A stretch of 61,905 nucleotides of DNA from Nanobdellota archaeon. GTDB taxonomy: Archaea; Nanobdellota; Nanobdellia; Parvarchaeales; Parvarchaeaceae. A program made the position numbers and the translations under genes. Below the pieces are notes generated by a model. It saw only the letters and a list, made by a program, of their open reading frames with translations. It was not told where the DNA came from and searched no databases. Below, piece after piece: positions 19,121 to 27,947 of the stretch. Positions within the stretch are counted from its first letter, which is position 1. Every line of letters begins with the position of its first letter. The DNA lies in NCBI GenBank assembly GCA_021850635.1, contig JAJZLM010000008.1:1-61905 (forward strand), read 5' to 3'.

Positions 19121-20329
19121 ATGGATAAAGTTAAAGACCCTGTATTTGGTATAGGTAAGCTAGATGATGACCTTACTGGGATCCCAGACAAGAAAAGTGT
19201 ACTTTTTTTCGCTTCTCCGGCTGTCGGAAACGAAGTTTTCGGTTATCAAGTTATACACAATAACCTATTACACGGCAATAAGGTACTGCTGTATGTAAAC
19301 AGGACTTCTCCGGAAGCGTACCTTGCAGACATGAAGGATTACGATTTTGAAGTTAACAGCAATCTGCATATAATAGACTCCTATAGCGGGATAACTGGAA
19401 TAAGTTCCAAAAGCGTTGACGACAGTACGATGATTTCAAACCCATATGACAAGGAAGAGATAAAGAAGGCGCTTTCAGAAGAATTGGACAAAGGGTATGA
19501 TCTTCTTGTCATAGATTCACTTTCCCTGATCGCTGATTTCTTCGATTTTGACTACGCGATGTCTGTTATAGATCTTGTAAAAGATAAGCTAGATAAGAAA
19601 GGCGGCTCTGTACTATCTCTGTTTACAGACTGGGATTATGGAGAGGAAAACTTGAACAAACTTATCTCCAAAGTAAACGCTAAGGTAGATATAAAGGGAA
19701 TAGAGAAACGAGTTATATTCGGACAATACTTCGCCGTTATAAAATGCGACTGGGTAAAGGATAAAAAGTTCTCATCGGTATTATTCAAGGCAGTGAAGCC
19801 AGGTGGAATAAAGATATACTTCCCCAAGATACTTGTTACTGGGCCTACAGATGCGGGCAAGACGTCTTTTATACACTCGGCATCAAAGGATGCAGTCAGC
19901 GTCGACAGACTTGGGGGCACTATAGCACTAGACCATGGAAATCTAGATTTTAAGGGTTACAAGGCAGATCTTTTCGGAACACCTGGTCAAGAGAGGTTCG
20001 ACCCGTTGCTCAAACTGTTGGGCGGTGAAGCCGTAGGGGTCATACTCGTGATAGATTCGACTAAACCAGACCAATTCCCAAGAGCGATAGAGATGCTCAG
20101 AAAAACAGAGACGTACGGCCTTCCGATAGTCGTAGTAGCAAACAAGGCAGACCTGCCTGGAGCTTTGTCACTCGATGATATAAGAGAACACCTGCACCTA
20201 GACAAGAACACCTCTTTGGTTAGGACCGTCGCAGAAAACTTAAATAATATAGATCCTAACAAACCGACAAGACTAAAGAAAGACGGAGTGGACTCTGCGC
20301 TCGATGCACTGTTCGCGGAGCTGACCTGA
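19121..20329 (+). CDS. Fusion of a degenerate KaiC-like domain with a small Ras-superfamily GTPase
   Basis: The N-terminal 230 aa are KaiC-like but lack the P-loop lysine (ASPAVGNE); DLLVIDSLS is retained. The C-terminal part has G1 GPTDAGKT, G3 DLFGTPGQERF, G4 NKAD. Confidence 0.75.
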   Translation: MDKVKDPVFGIGKLDDDLTGIPDKKSVLFFASPAVGNEVFGYQVIHNNLLHGNKVLLYVNRTSPEAYLADMKDYDFEVNSNLHIIDSYSGITGISSKSVDDSTMISNPYDKEEIKKALSEELDKGYDLLVIDSLSLIADFFDFDYAMSVIDLVKDKLDKKGGSVLSLFTDWDYGEENLNKLISKVNAKVDIKGIEKRVIFGQYFAVIKCDWVKDKKFSSVLFKAVKPGGIKIYFPKILVTGPTDAGKTSFIHSASKDAVSVDRLGGTIALDHGNLDFKGYKADLFGTPGQERFDPLLKLLGGEAVGVILVIDSTKPDQFPRAIEMLRKTETYGLPIVVVANKADLPGALSLDDIREHLHLDKNTSLVRTVAENLNNIDPNKPTRLKKDGVDSALDALFAELT

Positions 20330-20364
20330 AAAATGTTTAAATTGAAGGTAGATAATAAGTAGAT

Positions 20365-20739
20365 ATGGCCACTAAATCAGAATCGATGAGTATAATATTG
20401 GAGAAACTAGGGGAAGTAGGTGGAATAAAAGCTTCTGCGGTGATCTCTGCAGATGGCCTGCCTATAGTGCACAGGATACCTCAAGACATAGACCCGAATA
20501 ATTTCGCGGCTATGATGGCTTCGATGGTAGGTGCAGCCGAAGAGGCGCTTAAGTACCTTGGGTCCAAAAACATATTTGACACCATATTCGCGGAATCTAA
20601 GGATATAAGGGTCGTAGCTATAAAAGCTGGCGACAACGCTATACTCACGGTAATGACCGACCCGAATGCGAATTACGGACTTATAAAAATGTACGCTAAG
20701 AGATCTGCTGATGAGATAGCAAATATACTGAAGGACTGA
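20365..20739 (+). CDS. Roadblock/LC7 (MglB-like) domain protein
   Basis: 124 aa; GGIKASAVISADGLPIV ... AILTVMTD pattern typical of Roadblock/LC7. Confidence 0.7.
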   Translation: MATKSESMSIILEKLGEVGGIKASAVISADGLPIVHRIPQDIDPNNFAAMMASMVGAAEEALKYLGSKNIFDTIFAESKDIRVVAIKAGDNAILTVMTDPNANYGLIKMYAKRSADEIANILKD

Positions 20740-20781
20740 ATGCAAAGCTTAAAAGAGTCTGCATGCAGAAACCGGTTGATT

Positions 20782-21057
20782 TCACTGGGTTCCTAGAGCC
20801 TTTACTATTTCGTCTACTTTGTCCAATTCGTCGTTCTTCAGTGCCTCAATTATAGCGAGTTTATTGGCTTTCCTTACTTTTATCTTGACCCCATTTTTAA
20901 GCACTTTGAGCTGCTCCTTACTTATGTCAATGGGAGCCTTGTCGCCTCGCGGCTGAAAGTCCTCTTTTTTCTCTTTTTTCACGTATTTTATTTCGAACTC
21001 GCCGAATTTGAGTTCTTTCACTGTCTTACCTTCCGAATGTTTGTACCAATTTTCCAT
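20782..21057 (-). CDS. Hypothetical Lys/Glu-rich protein
   Basis: 91-aa ORF with clean boundaries between convergent and tandem genes; no motif. Confidence 0.35.
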   Translation of the reverse strand: MENWYKHSEGKTVKELKFGEFEIKYVKKEKKEDFQPRGDKAPIDISKEQLKVLKNGVKIKVRKANKLAIIEALKNDELDKVDEIVKALGTQ

Positions 21058-21182
21058 CAGAAATTCTATATTTCTATACTTTTAAAGCTTTGCATTCCAC
21101 AGTCACTATAGATAATCTTAAGGTTTCATTTCCTGGAATGCACTTCTATCTCTTTGATTTGATTTACTCTCTATATCGTATT

Positions 21183-21812
21183 CTATTTAGTATTACTATT
21201 CGAATCTACTCTTTTCACTATCTCGCGCCCGACTTCAACTTTCTGGTAAGGAGTCAGTTTGAATAGTTTTGAGTACATGCCCTGTAGTTCTTTTGGATTG
21301 TCTTGACCAAAGAACGGTGGTTCAAGTATCATAGGTTGGATACCATTTGAACCGTTTATACTGTAAGATCCTTTTGAAGCGAATACTCCTATGGTTAGGT
21401 CAGGCAAATCAGTAAGATAACCTAGTTGAGTTATTATCCTGCCTACATGATCCCTGCTACTAACTCCAAAGACTGAATCAGCTCCAACTCCCTTGGCATA
21501 TGAGCTTATCTTATTTACATTGTCCTGTGTATTTTTGGATTCTTTGTCCAAGACTACCTCATCTATAATTTTTTCTAGGTTAGTATATCTTTTCTTAAGT
21601 AAATCATGCATCGCATCGGCTTCTACTTTACCTGTTTTATTAGATACTGTTCCTCCAGAAATGTACATATCTACGTCTATATTATGACTCTTGAGGAATC
21701 TGGCAATGCCAACCGCGCCATCGAATCTATCAGAAACCACCTGCTCCCAAGGATTATTCCCAGGGACTATATTCTCACTGTAACCATATACACTTACGAT
21801 AGCTTTTGCCAT
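21183..21812 (-). CDS. DUF218 (YdcF/ElyC-like) domain protein
   Basis: ISGGTV...VEADAM...ESKNTQDNV...GVSSRDHVGRI. Paralog of 38115..38711. GGAGGT lies upstream of the ATG. Confidence 0.68.
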   Translation of the reverse strand: MAKAIVSVYGYSENIVPGNNPWEQVVSDRFDGAVGIARFLKSHNIDVDMYISGGTVSNKTGKVEADAMHDLLKKRYTNLEKIIDEVVLDKESKNTQDNVNKISSYAKGVGADSVFGVSSRDHVGRIITQLGYLTDLPDLTIGVFASKGSYSINGSNGIQPMILEPPFFGQDNPKELQGMYSKLFKLTPYQKVEVGREIVKRVDSNSNTK

Positions 21813-21896
21813 AATTTACCTCCTATACTATAACTATTGTCTAGTAATGATAACATCTCATATAAATACTTTTCTACGGCTGACTGCTCTTGGTTT

Positions 21897-22073
21897 TTAT
21901 ACTCTGCCCAATCCAGATATTATAGAAGATTTGAACCCGGAGAAGAATCCGGATATAGCGTTTGTTATTACGCTTGGCCCGGCTAGGAGTATATAGATTA
22001 TTATAAGCACTATCGAGAGCGCAAGCGCTATGATGTAGTATATGGTGGTTTCTGTTATGCCTTTTGTATGCAT
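21897..22073 (-). CDS. Mini membrane/pilin-like protein 4 of 4 (58 aa)
   Basis: Hand translation: MHTKGITETTIYYIIALALSIVLIIIYILLAGPSVITNAISGFFSGFKSSIISGLGRV. Starts 4 nt after the preceding stop. Below the ORF-track size cutoff. Confidence 0.6.
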   Translation of the reverse strand: MHTKGITETTIYYIIALALSIVLIIIYILLAGPSVITNAISGFFSGFKSSIISGLGRV

Positions 22074-22077
22074 ATAA

Positions 22078-22224
22078 TCACCCGAAGGGATTCGGAAGGG
22101 AAGGTATAAGCTTTCCGAGGGAGCTAGGCGAATATATGACGAGATAAAATATAACTATCACTATTGCGATTATCAAGATTATTATAAGCATAAGTATATA
22201 GTCAGTGACGCCTTTATTATGCAT
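22078..22224 (-). CDS. Mini membrane/pilin-like protein 3 of 4 (48 aa)
   Basis: Hand translation: MHNKGVTDYILMLIIILIIAIVIVIFYLVIYSPSSLGKLIPSLPNPFG. The ATG overlaps the preceding stop (TATGCATAA) and GGAGGAGGGAG lies upstream. Confidence 0.6.
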   Translation of the reverse strand: MHNKGVTDYILMLIIILIIAIVIVIFYLVIYSPSSLGKLIPSLPNPFG

Positions 22225-22393
22225 ATCTCCCTCCTCCACCGCTGTTGCCAGCGGCAGATATGAAAGATTCTATGAAGTTAGACAACTTATAAGGCGTTAG
22301 AAACTGTAGGAAGATGAGTATTACGATTACCACTATTATTATGAGCACTATATACAAAAGCACGGTCCCTTGTATTGCTCCTTTCTCATCCAT
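22217..22393 (-). CDS. Mini membrane/pilin-like protein 2 of 4 (58 aa)
   Basis: Hand translation: MDEKGAIQGTVLLYIVLIIIVVIVILIFLQFLTPYKLSNFIESFISAAGNSGGGGRYA. The ATG overlaps the preceding stop (AATGGATGA). Confidence 0.6.
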   Translation of the reverse strand: MDEKGAIQGTVLLYIVLIIIVVIVILIFLQFLTPYKLSNFIESFISAAGNSGGGGRYA

Positions 22394-22562
22394 TCCCGAA
22401 AAGCCAGCTGAACGATACTGCTTTTAATATATCGTTTCCTATGCTGGTGCCACCTCCTAATAAATAGATGGCCGCTATCACGATTCCTATCGCTAATACG
22501 ACCAAGGCTATGACTATAGCCACTATTTCTGTAACCGGCATCTCTCCTTTTTTATTGAACAT
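22386..22562 (-). CDS. Mini membrane/pilin-like protein 1 of 4 (58 aa)
   Basis: Hand translation: MFNKKGEMPVTEIVAIVIALVVLAIGIVIAAIYLLGGGTSIGNDILKAVSFSWLFGNG. Starts 9 nt after the stop of the 577-aa ORF. Confidence 0.6.
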   Translation of the reverse strand: MFNKKGEMPVTEIVAIVIALVVLAIGIVIAAIYLLGGGTSIGNDILKAVSFSWLFGNG

Positions 22563-22571
22563 ATTATCGTA

Positions 22572-24305
22572 TCAGAACAGAGGGTTATCGAACTTCGATA
22601 AGGGAGTCATTAGATTCTTCCTTCTTTTGAACTCGTTGTATATCAAATATGCATCGTTCATCGAAATGAACATCCCTGCTTCTATCGCTCTCTTATTCTT
22701 TATAGCGCCGAACTTCCTGTGGCTAAGCTCTATTTCATAAAGCTCGGGTTTGAAACTGTGTTTATCATCTTCATAGTGCGGAGATGCTGCAGACATCGCT
22801 TTATTTATGCCTAGGATGTCATCCTTGAACGACCTATAGATATCTATGAATGCGTAGCTGTTGTCATTTTTCTTTGGTTTTGTCGCTTTGTCCGCTTCCT
22901 CTATATACTTATCTAGCTCTTTCTGTATCGAGCTGAGTGAAGAAACTGAAACCTTGTCTAACTCTGAAAAGACGGTTTTGCTTATCCTTGCTTCCTGTGC
23001 CTTAGTGAATAAATACCATTCATCTACGGAAAAACAATAAGGGGTAACGTTTATGTCTAGCGTACCGTAGTACTGCGGTTTATCCTGTATGGCACCCTTT
23101 AGGAATAGCTGTTTTTCAACAAAGGTCAGAGATACTTCTATAGCTGATATCACCTTAGGCCCATATTTAGTCAGGTAATCGTGGATGAATGACCTGCTGT
23201 TCTCGCGTGGGCCTTGTCTCATGGACGGTGATGCGGGGAACTTTTCATTGACTGAAACTGGGAGCTGCACCCCTTTGTTGCCGAATATCTTTGCGTTTTC
23301 AACTGAGTACTCTCCTAGGTATATAGGCTTGTTGCCAATTACTTCTAGAGATAATTTAGCAGTCTCCATTATATCCGGTTGCTTAGTATTTGACATGTAT
23401 CCTTTCGCGTCTTTAGTCCCTGTCAGATTTATTCTCTTAAGTATAGTCAGAGCTTCAGCGGCCCATTCTGAATACATTTTATACGAAGACACCTGGCTTT
23501 TCAGGTACTGCAGAAGCATAGCTTTTCTCTGTCTTAAGTCCGAACCGCTTATTTTGACCCACTCCTCATATTCTATGTATCTGTTCTTGAGTATGTCCTT
23601 GTACTCGTCGTTCCTCTGCATGTTTTCTATGTCTCTTAAACTTTTCACCTTGTAAAATGAAGCGACTAAGTCTATGAACCCAGCTCCTCCCTGTCCTTGG
23701 GAGTACCCAGCTGAAAGAGCAGCCAGACTTGCGCCTCTTTTTCTTGCATCGACCTGGTCCACGAATATTCTCTTGAGAGCCAGTCCTGCAGCTTCCTTTT
23801 TCTCTTTGTCGCCAGATTCCATCAGATTATAAAATTGAAGGTTCCTGTCTAATTCTCTCAGTTCGTACGTTATGGATATTATTGATTTAAGGACGGTGTT
23901 GACGCTGCCCAGAAGAGTCATCGCTCTGTCTTCGAAGGCTTTCCTTTTTTCGAAAACCATCACCATCAAGTTCGACAAAGCCGAAGGGTCTATGGACTCC
24001 GCAGTCTTTAGCATATTATAACCCAATCCCCCGAACTCTTGTCTCACCATGTTATATTCTGTCTGGAACTGGTATCCTTTTTCTATATCAAACGAAATAA
24101 AGATACCTTTTTCTGGACCAATCAAACCTGGGGCTGGCGTTTCCTTTTTTTTGGCGAACTTCAGGTTTTCTAGCTTACCGCGATAATGGCCTTCTATGCT
24201 GGAAGCACGCATCTTCAGCTCCTTTATCCATGAGTCCACCACATCTGTTGGTGTAGAAGGTTTCATCAGCATTTCCACATATCTTGATAAAGTCGCTAGA
24301 TTCAT
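22572..24305 (-). CDS. Orphan 577-aa soluble protein, function unknown
   Basis: Long uninterrupted ORF with normal composition. No TM, P-loop or other motif recognised. Helical and charged central region. Confidence 0.7.
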   Translation of the reverse strand: MNLATLSRYVEMLMKPSTPTDVVDSWIKELKMRASSIEGHYRGKLENLKFAKKKETPAPGLIGPEKGIFISFDIEKGYQFQTEYNMVRQEFGGLGYNMLKTAESIDPSALSNLMVMVFEKRKAFEDRAMTLLGSVNTVLKSIISITYELRELDRNLQFYNLMESGDKEKKEAAGLALKRIFVDQVDARKRGASLAALSAGYSQGQGGAGFIDLVASFYKVKSLRDIENMQRNDEYKDILKNRYIEYEEWVKISGSDLRQRKAMLLQYLKSQVSSYKMYSEWAAEALTILKRINLTGTKDAKGYMSNTKQPDIMETAKLSLEVIGNKPIYLGEYSVENAKIFGNKGVQLPVSVNEKFPASPSMRQGPRENSRSFIHDYLTKYGPKVISAIEVSLTFVEKQLFLKGAIQDKPQYYGTLDINVTPYCFSVDEWYLFTKAQEARISKTVFSELDKVSVSSLSSIQKELDKYIEEADKATKPKKNDNSYAFIDIYRSFKDDILGINKAMSAASPHYEDDKHSFKPELYEIELSHRKFGAIKNKRAIEAGMFISMNDAYLIYNEFKRRKNLMTPLSKFDNPLF

Positions 24306-24491
24306 ATTAGTAATTTGACGGTGGTAATTTATATACTATTACCATAGATGACCAAACTCTATTTTCCATTCGTGATTTTTAACGTAGCCGGCAACGCTTG
24401 ACAGCCGATAGAGCAGCGTCCCACGACAATACAAAAGACTTATAAAGGAGAGTGGAGTGTAATATAAATTTATCACTTGAGGAATTATATT

Positions 24492-25571
24492 ATGCATCAG
24501 ACCGAAAACGTGAACCCTGTTGAAGGAGCGCTCAACAAGCTTTTTTCCACGATAGACGCTCTTTCTGCAAAGATAGACGAACTTAATGAACGAGTAGACT
24601 ATATGGGCTCTTTCGTAGGTATAGACGTTGGAGAAGAGGGCAAGGAAGCGCATATAGAACCACCCGGTCAACTAGCTGGTCTTTCTTTCGATATATTAAG
24701 CAAGATACTACAGCCAAAAGATGCCAACGATATTAGAGCGTATTTCCTTAGGGTATTAAGCCTATTTAGAAAATACATAAAATCTATAATAATATTCGGA
24801 AGCTCCAAAACAAAAACCGGCATAAACAGCACATCTGACATAGACGTGGCTTTCATAGTAGACGACACGGATATACAGAGATTTACGCTGGAACAGCTCA
24901 AAGAGAGACTATTCACTAAGATGGCCGAGATAGCGAAGGACTTCTCCGAGAAGATACACGCTCAGGCTTATCCTCTTTCTGAATTTTGGGCTTCTATAAT
25001 AAAACCAAATCCTGTGATACTAACCTTATTGAGGGATGGCATAGCGGTTTACGATACGGGTTATTTTGTGCCTATACAGATGTTGTACAAGACTGGGAAC
25101 ATCATCCCTACCAAAGAATCAATAGACGCTAACATAGAGAATGCAGAAGGACTTATAATGCTTGCAGACAACGTTCTTAGCACAAAACTGAGCATGGACC
25201 TTTATAACTCCGTTGTAGCAGCTGGGCAGGCTCTTCTTATGGAATACGGTTACTTACCACCCGTGCCTAAAGAAGTTTCTAAGGATCTTATGGTGATAGC
25301 CGTAGAAAAGGAAAAAGCGCTTACTAAGGAAGATGTGGATAAAGTAAGCGATGTAGTCACATGGTTCAAAAAGATAGACCACGGTGAAATCAAAGAAGTT
25401 AGCGGCGAAGAATACAGTAAGAAGCGCAAGATAACTAAAGAGGTCGTTGATAAGATACTAAAGATAATAAGCGACTTGCGAGAAAAAAAAGGGATTCCAA
25501 AGCCAGCGATAGACAAGGAGATTGCAAAGGAGATGGAGAAGAAAGACAGCCAATATAGCGTCCCGCAGTGA
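24492..25571 (+). CDS. Nucleotidyltransferase fused to a HEPN-like domain, with coiled-coil N-terminal and K/E-rich C-terminal extensions
   Basis: IIFGSSKTKTGINSTSDIDVAFIVDD NTase motif. VYDTGYFVPIQMLYKTGNIIPTKESI aligns with LIDTGYFEPLQVLLERGEIKPTEESI of 15865..16647. First ATG at 24492. Confidence 0.72.
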   Translation: MHQTENVNPVEGALNKLFSTIDALSAKIDELNERVDYMGSFVGIDVGEEGKEAHIEPPGQLAGLSFDILSKILQPKDANDIRAYFLRVLSLFRKYIKSIIIFGSSKTKTGINSTSDIDVAFIVDDTDIQRFTLEQLKERLFTKMAEIAKDFSEKIHAQAYPLSEFWASIIKPNPVILTLLRDGIAVYDTGYFVPIQMLYKTGNIIPTKESIDANIENAEGLIMLADNVLSTKLSMDLYNSVVAAGQALLMEYGYLPPVPKEVSKDLMVIAVEKEKALTKEDVDKVSDVVTWFKKIDHGEIKEVSGEEYSKKRKITKEVVDKILKIISDLREKKGIPKPAIDKEIAKEMEKKDSQYSVPQ

Positions 25572-25572
25572 T

Positions 25573-25827
25573 ATGACAATGAGAATACTATCGTTTAGAC
25601 GGGGAAGAAAGACGCAGAACACTATGCAAGCCGTATTAAAGATAAGCGGCGTGAACGACCGGGAATCCGCTGCCAAGTACATAGGAAAAAAAGTAGAAGT
25701 TTCTTTTTCAAAGAATTCTATAAGAGGCTCCATAACCAGAGTACACGGTGACAACGGCCGCGTAGTAGCTAGGTTCAGAAGAGGCCTCCCTGGTCAAGCC
25801 CTGCTCAAAGAAGTCAAAGAATTATAA
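25573..25827 (+). CDS. rpl35ae: Ribosomal protein eL33 (L35Ae)
   Basis: MTMRILSFRRGRKTQNTMQAVLKISGVNDRESAAKYIGKKVEV...HGDNGRVVARFRRGLPGQA. Internal ATG of track ORF 25522..25827. Confidence 0.85.
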   Translation: MTMRILSFRRGRKTQNTMQAVLKISGVNDRESAAKYIGKKVEVSFSKNSIRGSITRVHGDNGRVVARFRRGLPGQALLKEVKEL

Positions 25828-26862
25828 TTTTGAGTATAATCCCACAAGCTCTTTAAATGCCATTTTTGTGCGAAAACCTTTTGGATTTAGGACGGTCTTG
25901 CTTCCTAACAAGCCGTTCTTTTTCTCCGGCTGTTTTAGGTATTTCGCTATCTCTGTCGTTGTATAATAGGATATCATATCCTCTTCCTCCTTTAAAGCGC
26001 TAAGATATTCTTTCTCTTTGAGCCCACTGGAAAGCTCATACATCTTAAGCACCAAATCTCTATCGAATAACCTTCCCGTCCACAAAGGTCCTAAACGGTT
26101 CATTTCTGCTCCGCAGTTGCTGCACATAAACTCCTCTTGCATAGACCTATTCGGGCATTCTGGGCATTGGTATATTGTGTCTATCTCCGTAGAAGATTTT
26201 ATCCTGCCTATCTTTATGTAGGTCCTGATATAGTGTCTTCTTACATCGAAGATCATCGGTTCTATGGACTTCTTGTATATCCCAGCTATCTCATCTATGC
26301 GCTTAAGAAGTATCCTCAAACCTAGTTCGTTATAATAAGAGGTCTTGCAGGAAACCGATCTATACTTTAAAGCACAGGCTTTTGCAGCTCTGCCATACAA
26401 AGCGGCAGTATCTGTTGCTGTAAGCGCCAAGATGCCTCCAAGCTTGATGCTGTTCATAGCGTAGAGTGCATATGTCACGGGTGAACCGAAAGGATCGATA
26501 TCTATATAGTCGAATACCTTGCCGAACTTGTACGTCTCAGCTGCGTTGAAAGAAGACACACTGACTTCGGATTTTATTAGGTCTGAATTTGATTCTACGT
26601 TCTTTTTCAGGACGCTATAGGTGTTTAAATCGTTAAGCGCCATTGTTTTAAAACCCTCGGTCTCTACTGCTAGTCTCAATCCTCTTACACCGCTAGCAGA
26701 CATCAAATCCAATCCATCTAGGCCACTGCGCCCGATAGCCTTAATCAGAAGTACGTTGAGGTTTCTATCGAATTCTCTATCTGGATTAAAAAAAGCCTCA
26801 GAACCCCTAGTTTGTTTGTTCTCTGCGAGGAAGGACACTGCGCCTTCTCTGAATCTTTCCAT
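25822..26862 (-). CDS. trm1: tRNA (guanine26-N2)-dimethyltransferase Trm1
   Basis: FFNPDREFDRN, SASGVRGLR, DIDPFGSP, Cys cluster CPECPN...CSNCG. Confidence 0.85.
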   Translation of the reverse strand: MERFREGAVSFLAENKQTRGSEAFFNPDREFDRNLNVLLIKAIGRSGLDGLDLMSASGVRGLRLAVETEGFKTMALNDLNTYSVLKKNVESNSDLIKSEVSVSSFNAAETYKFGKVFDYIDIDPFGSPVTYALYAMNSIKLGGILALTATDTAALYGRAAKACALKYRSVSCKTSYYNELGLRILLKRIDEIAGIYKKSIEPMIFDVRRHYIRTYIKIGRIKSSTEIDTIYQCPECPNRSMQEEFMCSNCGAEMNRLGPLWTGRLFDRDLVLKMYELSSGLKEKEYLSALKEEEDMISYYTTTEIAKYLKQPEKKNGLLGSKTVLNPKGFRTKMAFKELVGLYSKL

Positions 26863-26870
26863 AAGGAGAC

Positions 26871-27794
26871 TTACTCCTCTATCTTATATCTGTCCTTAAG
26901 ATCTAGAGCTTGATAAAGCTCTTTGTACCTATTCCTTATGGTGACTTCGGTTATTCCTGCAGCTTTAGCTGCGTCCCTCTGGGTCTTCTTCTCCTTATTT
27001 ATTAAGGTCGCCACGTAAAGCACCGCAGCGGCTATACCCATCGGTCCTTTTCCACTCGTTAGTCCTTTCGCTTCTGCTTCTTTTAGTAATTTAACAGCAT
27101 CTGCTACCGTCTTATTAGAGACCTTAAGATCGACCGCGAACTTGTATATATAATCGTTTGGTGATGTGGGTAATATCTTTATCCCGAGCTCCCTGCATAG
27201 AAGCCTGTAAGCTTTGCCTACTTCCTTGCGTTCAACGCTGAACGTATCTGATATTTCATCCAAAGTTATTGGTCTATTGTACTTCCTTGCCGATGCATAA
27301 AGTGCGCCTGCTATGACGCTTTCCATGGATCTTCCCCTGACAAGACGCCTGCTTATCGCCTCTCTGTACATCTTAGCTGCTTCTTCTTGTATCACGTCTG
27401 ACACATGAAGCCTGTTACTGGCGTGTCTGAGTTCTGTTAGTGCGAATTTTAGGTTGCGTTCGAAAGCTGTAGATATCCTAGGCTGCCATTTCCTAAGTTT
27501 ATAGAATGTCCTTCTATTCGCATTTGAAAGTTTTATAGACTCGCTGGCTTTACCTATGACTGTGCTAGTGCCCTTATCATATTTGGCGTAGCTAAGCGGC
27601 GATCCCATTCTACCTTTGCCCTCTGATCTTTCATCCTCAAAGGAACGCCACTCTCTGCCATAGTCTATCATATCACTTTCGACCACATACCCGCATTTCT
27701 GGCATATAGATTCACCAGTAGTCTTATCGTAAACTACTTCGTTCGCTCCGCACGACGGGCATTTCTTACTCTCCTTGTTGGTTATCACTCTCAT
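26871..27794 (-). CDS. tfb: Transcription initiation factor TFB
   Basis: N-terminal Zn ribbon CPSCG...CQKCG followed by two cyclin-like repeats; 307 aa. Confidence 0.92.
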   Translation of the reverse strand: MRVITNKESKKCPSCGANEVVYDKTTGESICQKCGYVVESDMIDYGREWRSFEDERSEGKGRMGSPLSYAKYDKGTSTVIGKASESIKLSNANRRTFYKLRKWQPRISTAFERNLKFALTELRHASNRLHVSDVIQEEAAKMYREAISRRLVRGRSMESVIAGALYASARKYNRPITLDEISDTFSVERKEVGKAYRLLCRELGIKILPTSPNDYIYKFAVDLKVSNKTVADAVKLLKEAEAKGLTSGKGPMGIAAAVLYVATLINKEKKTQRDAAKAAGITEVTIRNRYKELYQALDLKDRYKIEE

Positions 27795-27947
27795 AATAAT
27801 ATTTATATAGTAGTAATGCAGGTTATATATAAAGCTTTCTATTCTATTTGGAAAAATTATAATTTTGTGAATTTACCACCCGAGACAGTCAGCTTTCGAT
27901 TTTACCTGTTTACAGACAGATAAATATTAGACAATCGATAAAAGTAT

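Noticed and set aside
21090-21150. 7-bp inverted repeat GCATTCC...GGAATGC between 20782..21057 and the DUF218 gene
   Set aside because: It has a 37-nt loop and a short stem, with no supporting conservation. It could be chance in AT-rich intergenic DNA.
21840-22570. The region lacking track ORFs on the relevant strand was checked for a CRISPR array or other direct repeats
   Set aside because: No regularly spaced direct repeats are present. The periodicity comes from four paralogous small coding sequences. No CRISPR-like repeat-spacer pattern was seen elsewhere in the window by eye.
24339-24671. 110-aa minus-strand ORF between the 577-aa gene and the NTase gene
   Set aside because: It overlaps the 5' part of the NTase gene and its promoter region, is Tyr/Leu/Phe/Arg-rich with no motif, and would leave no promoter space for either neighbour.
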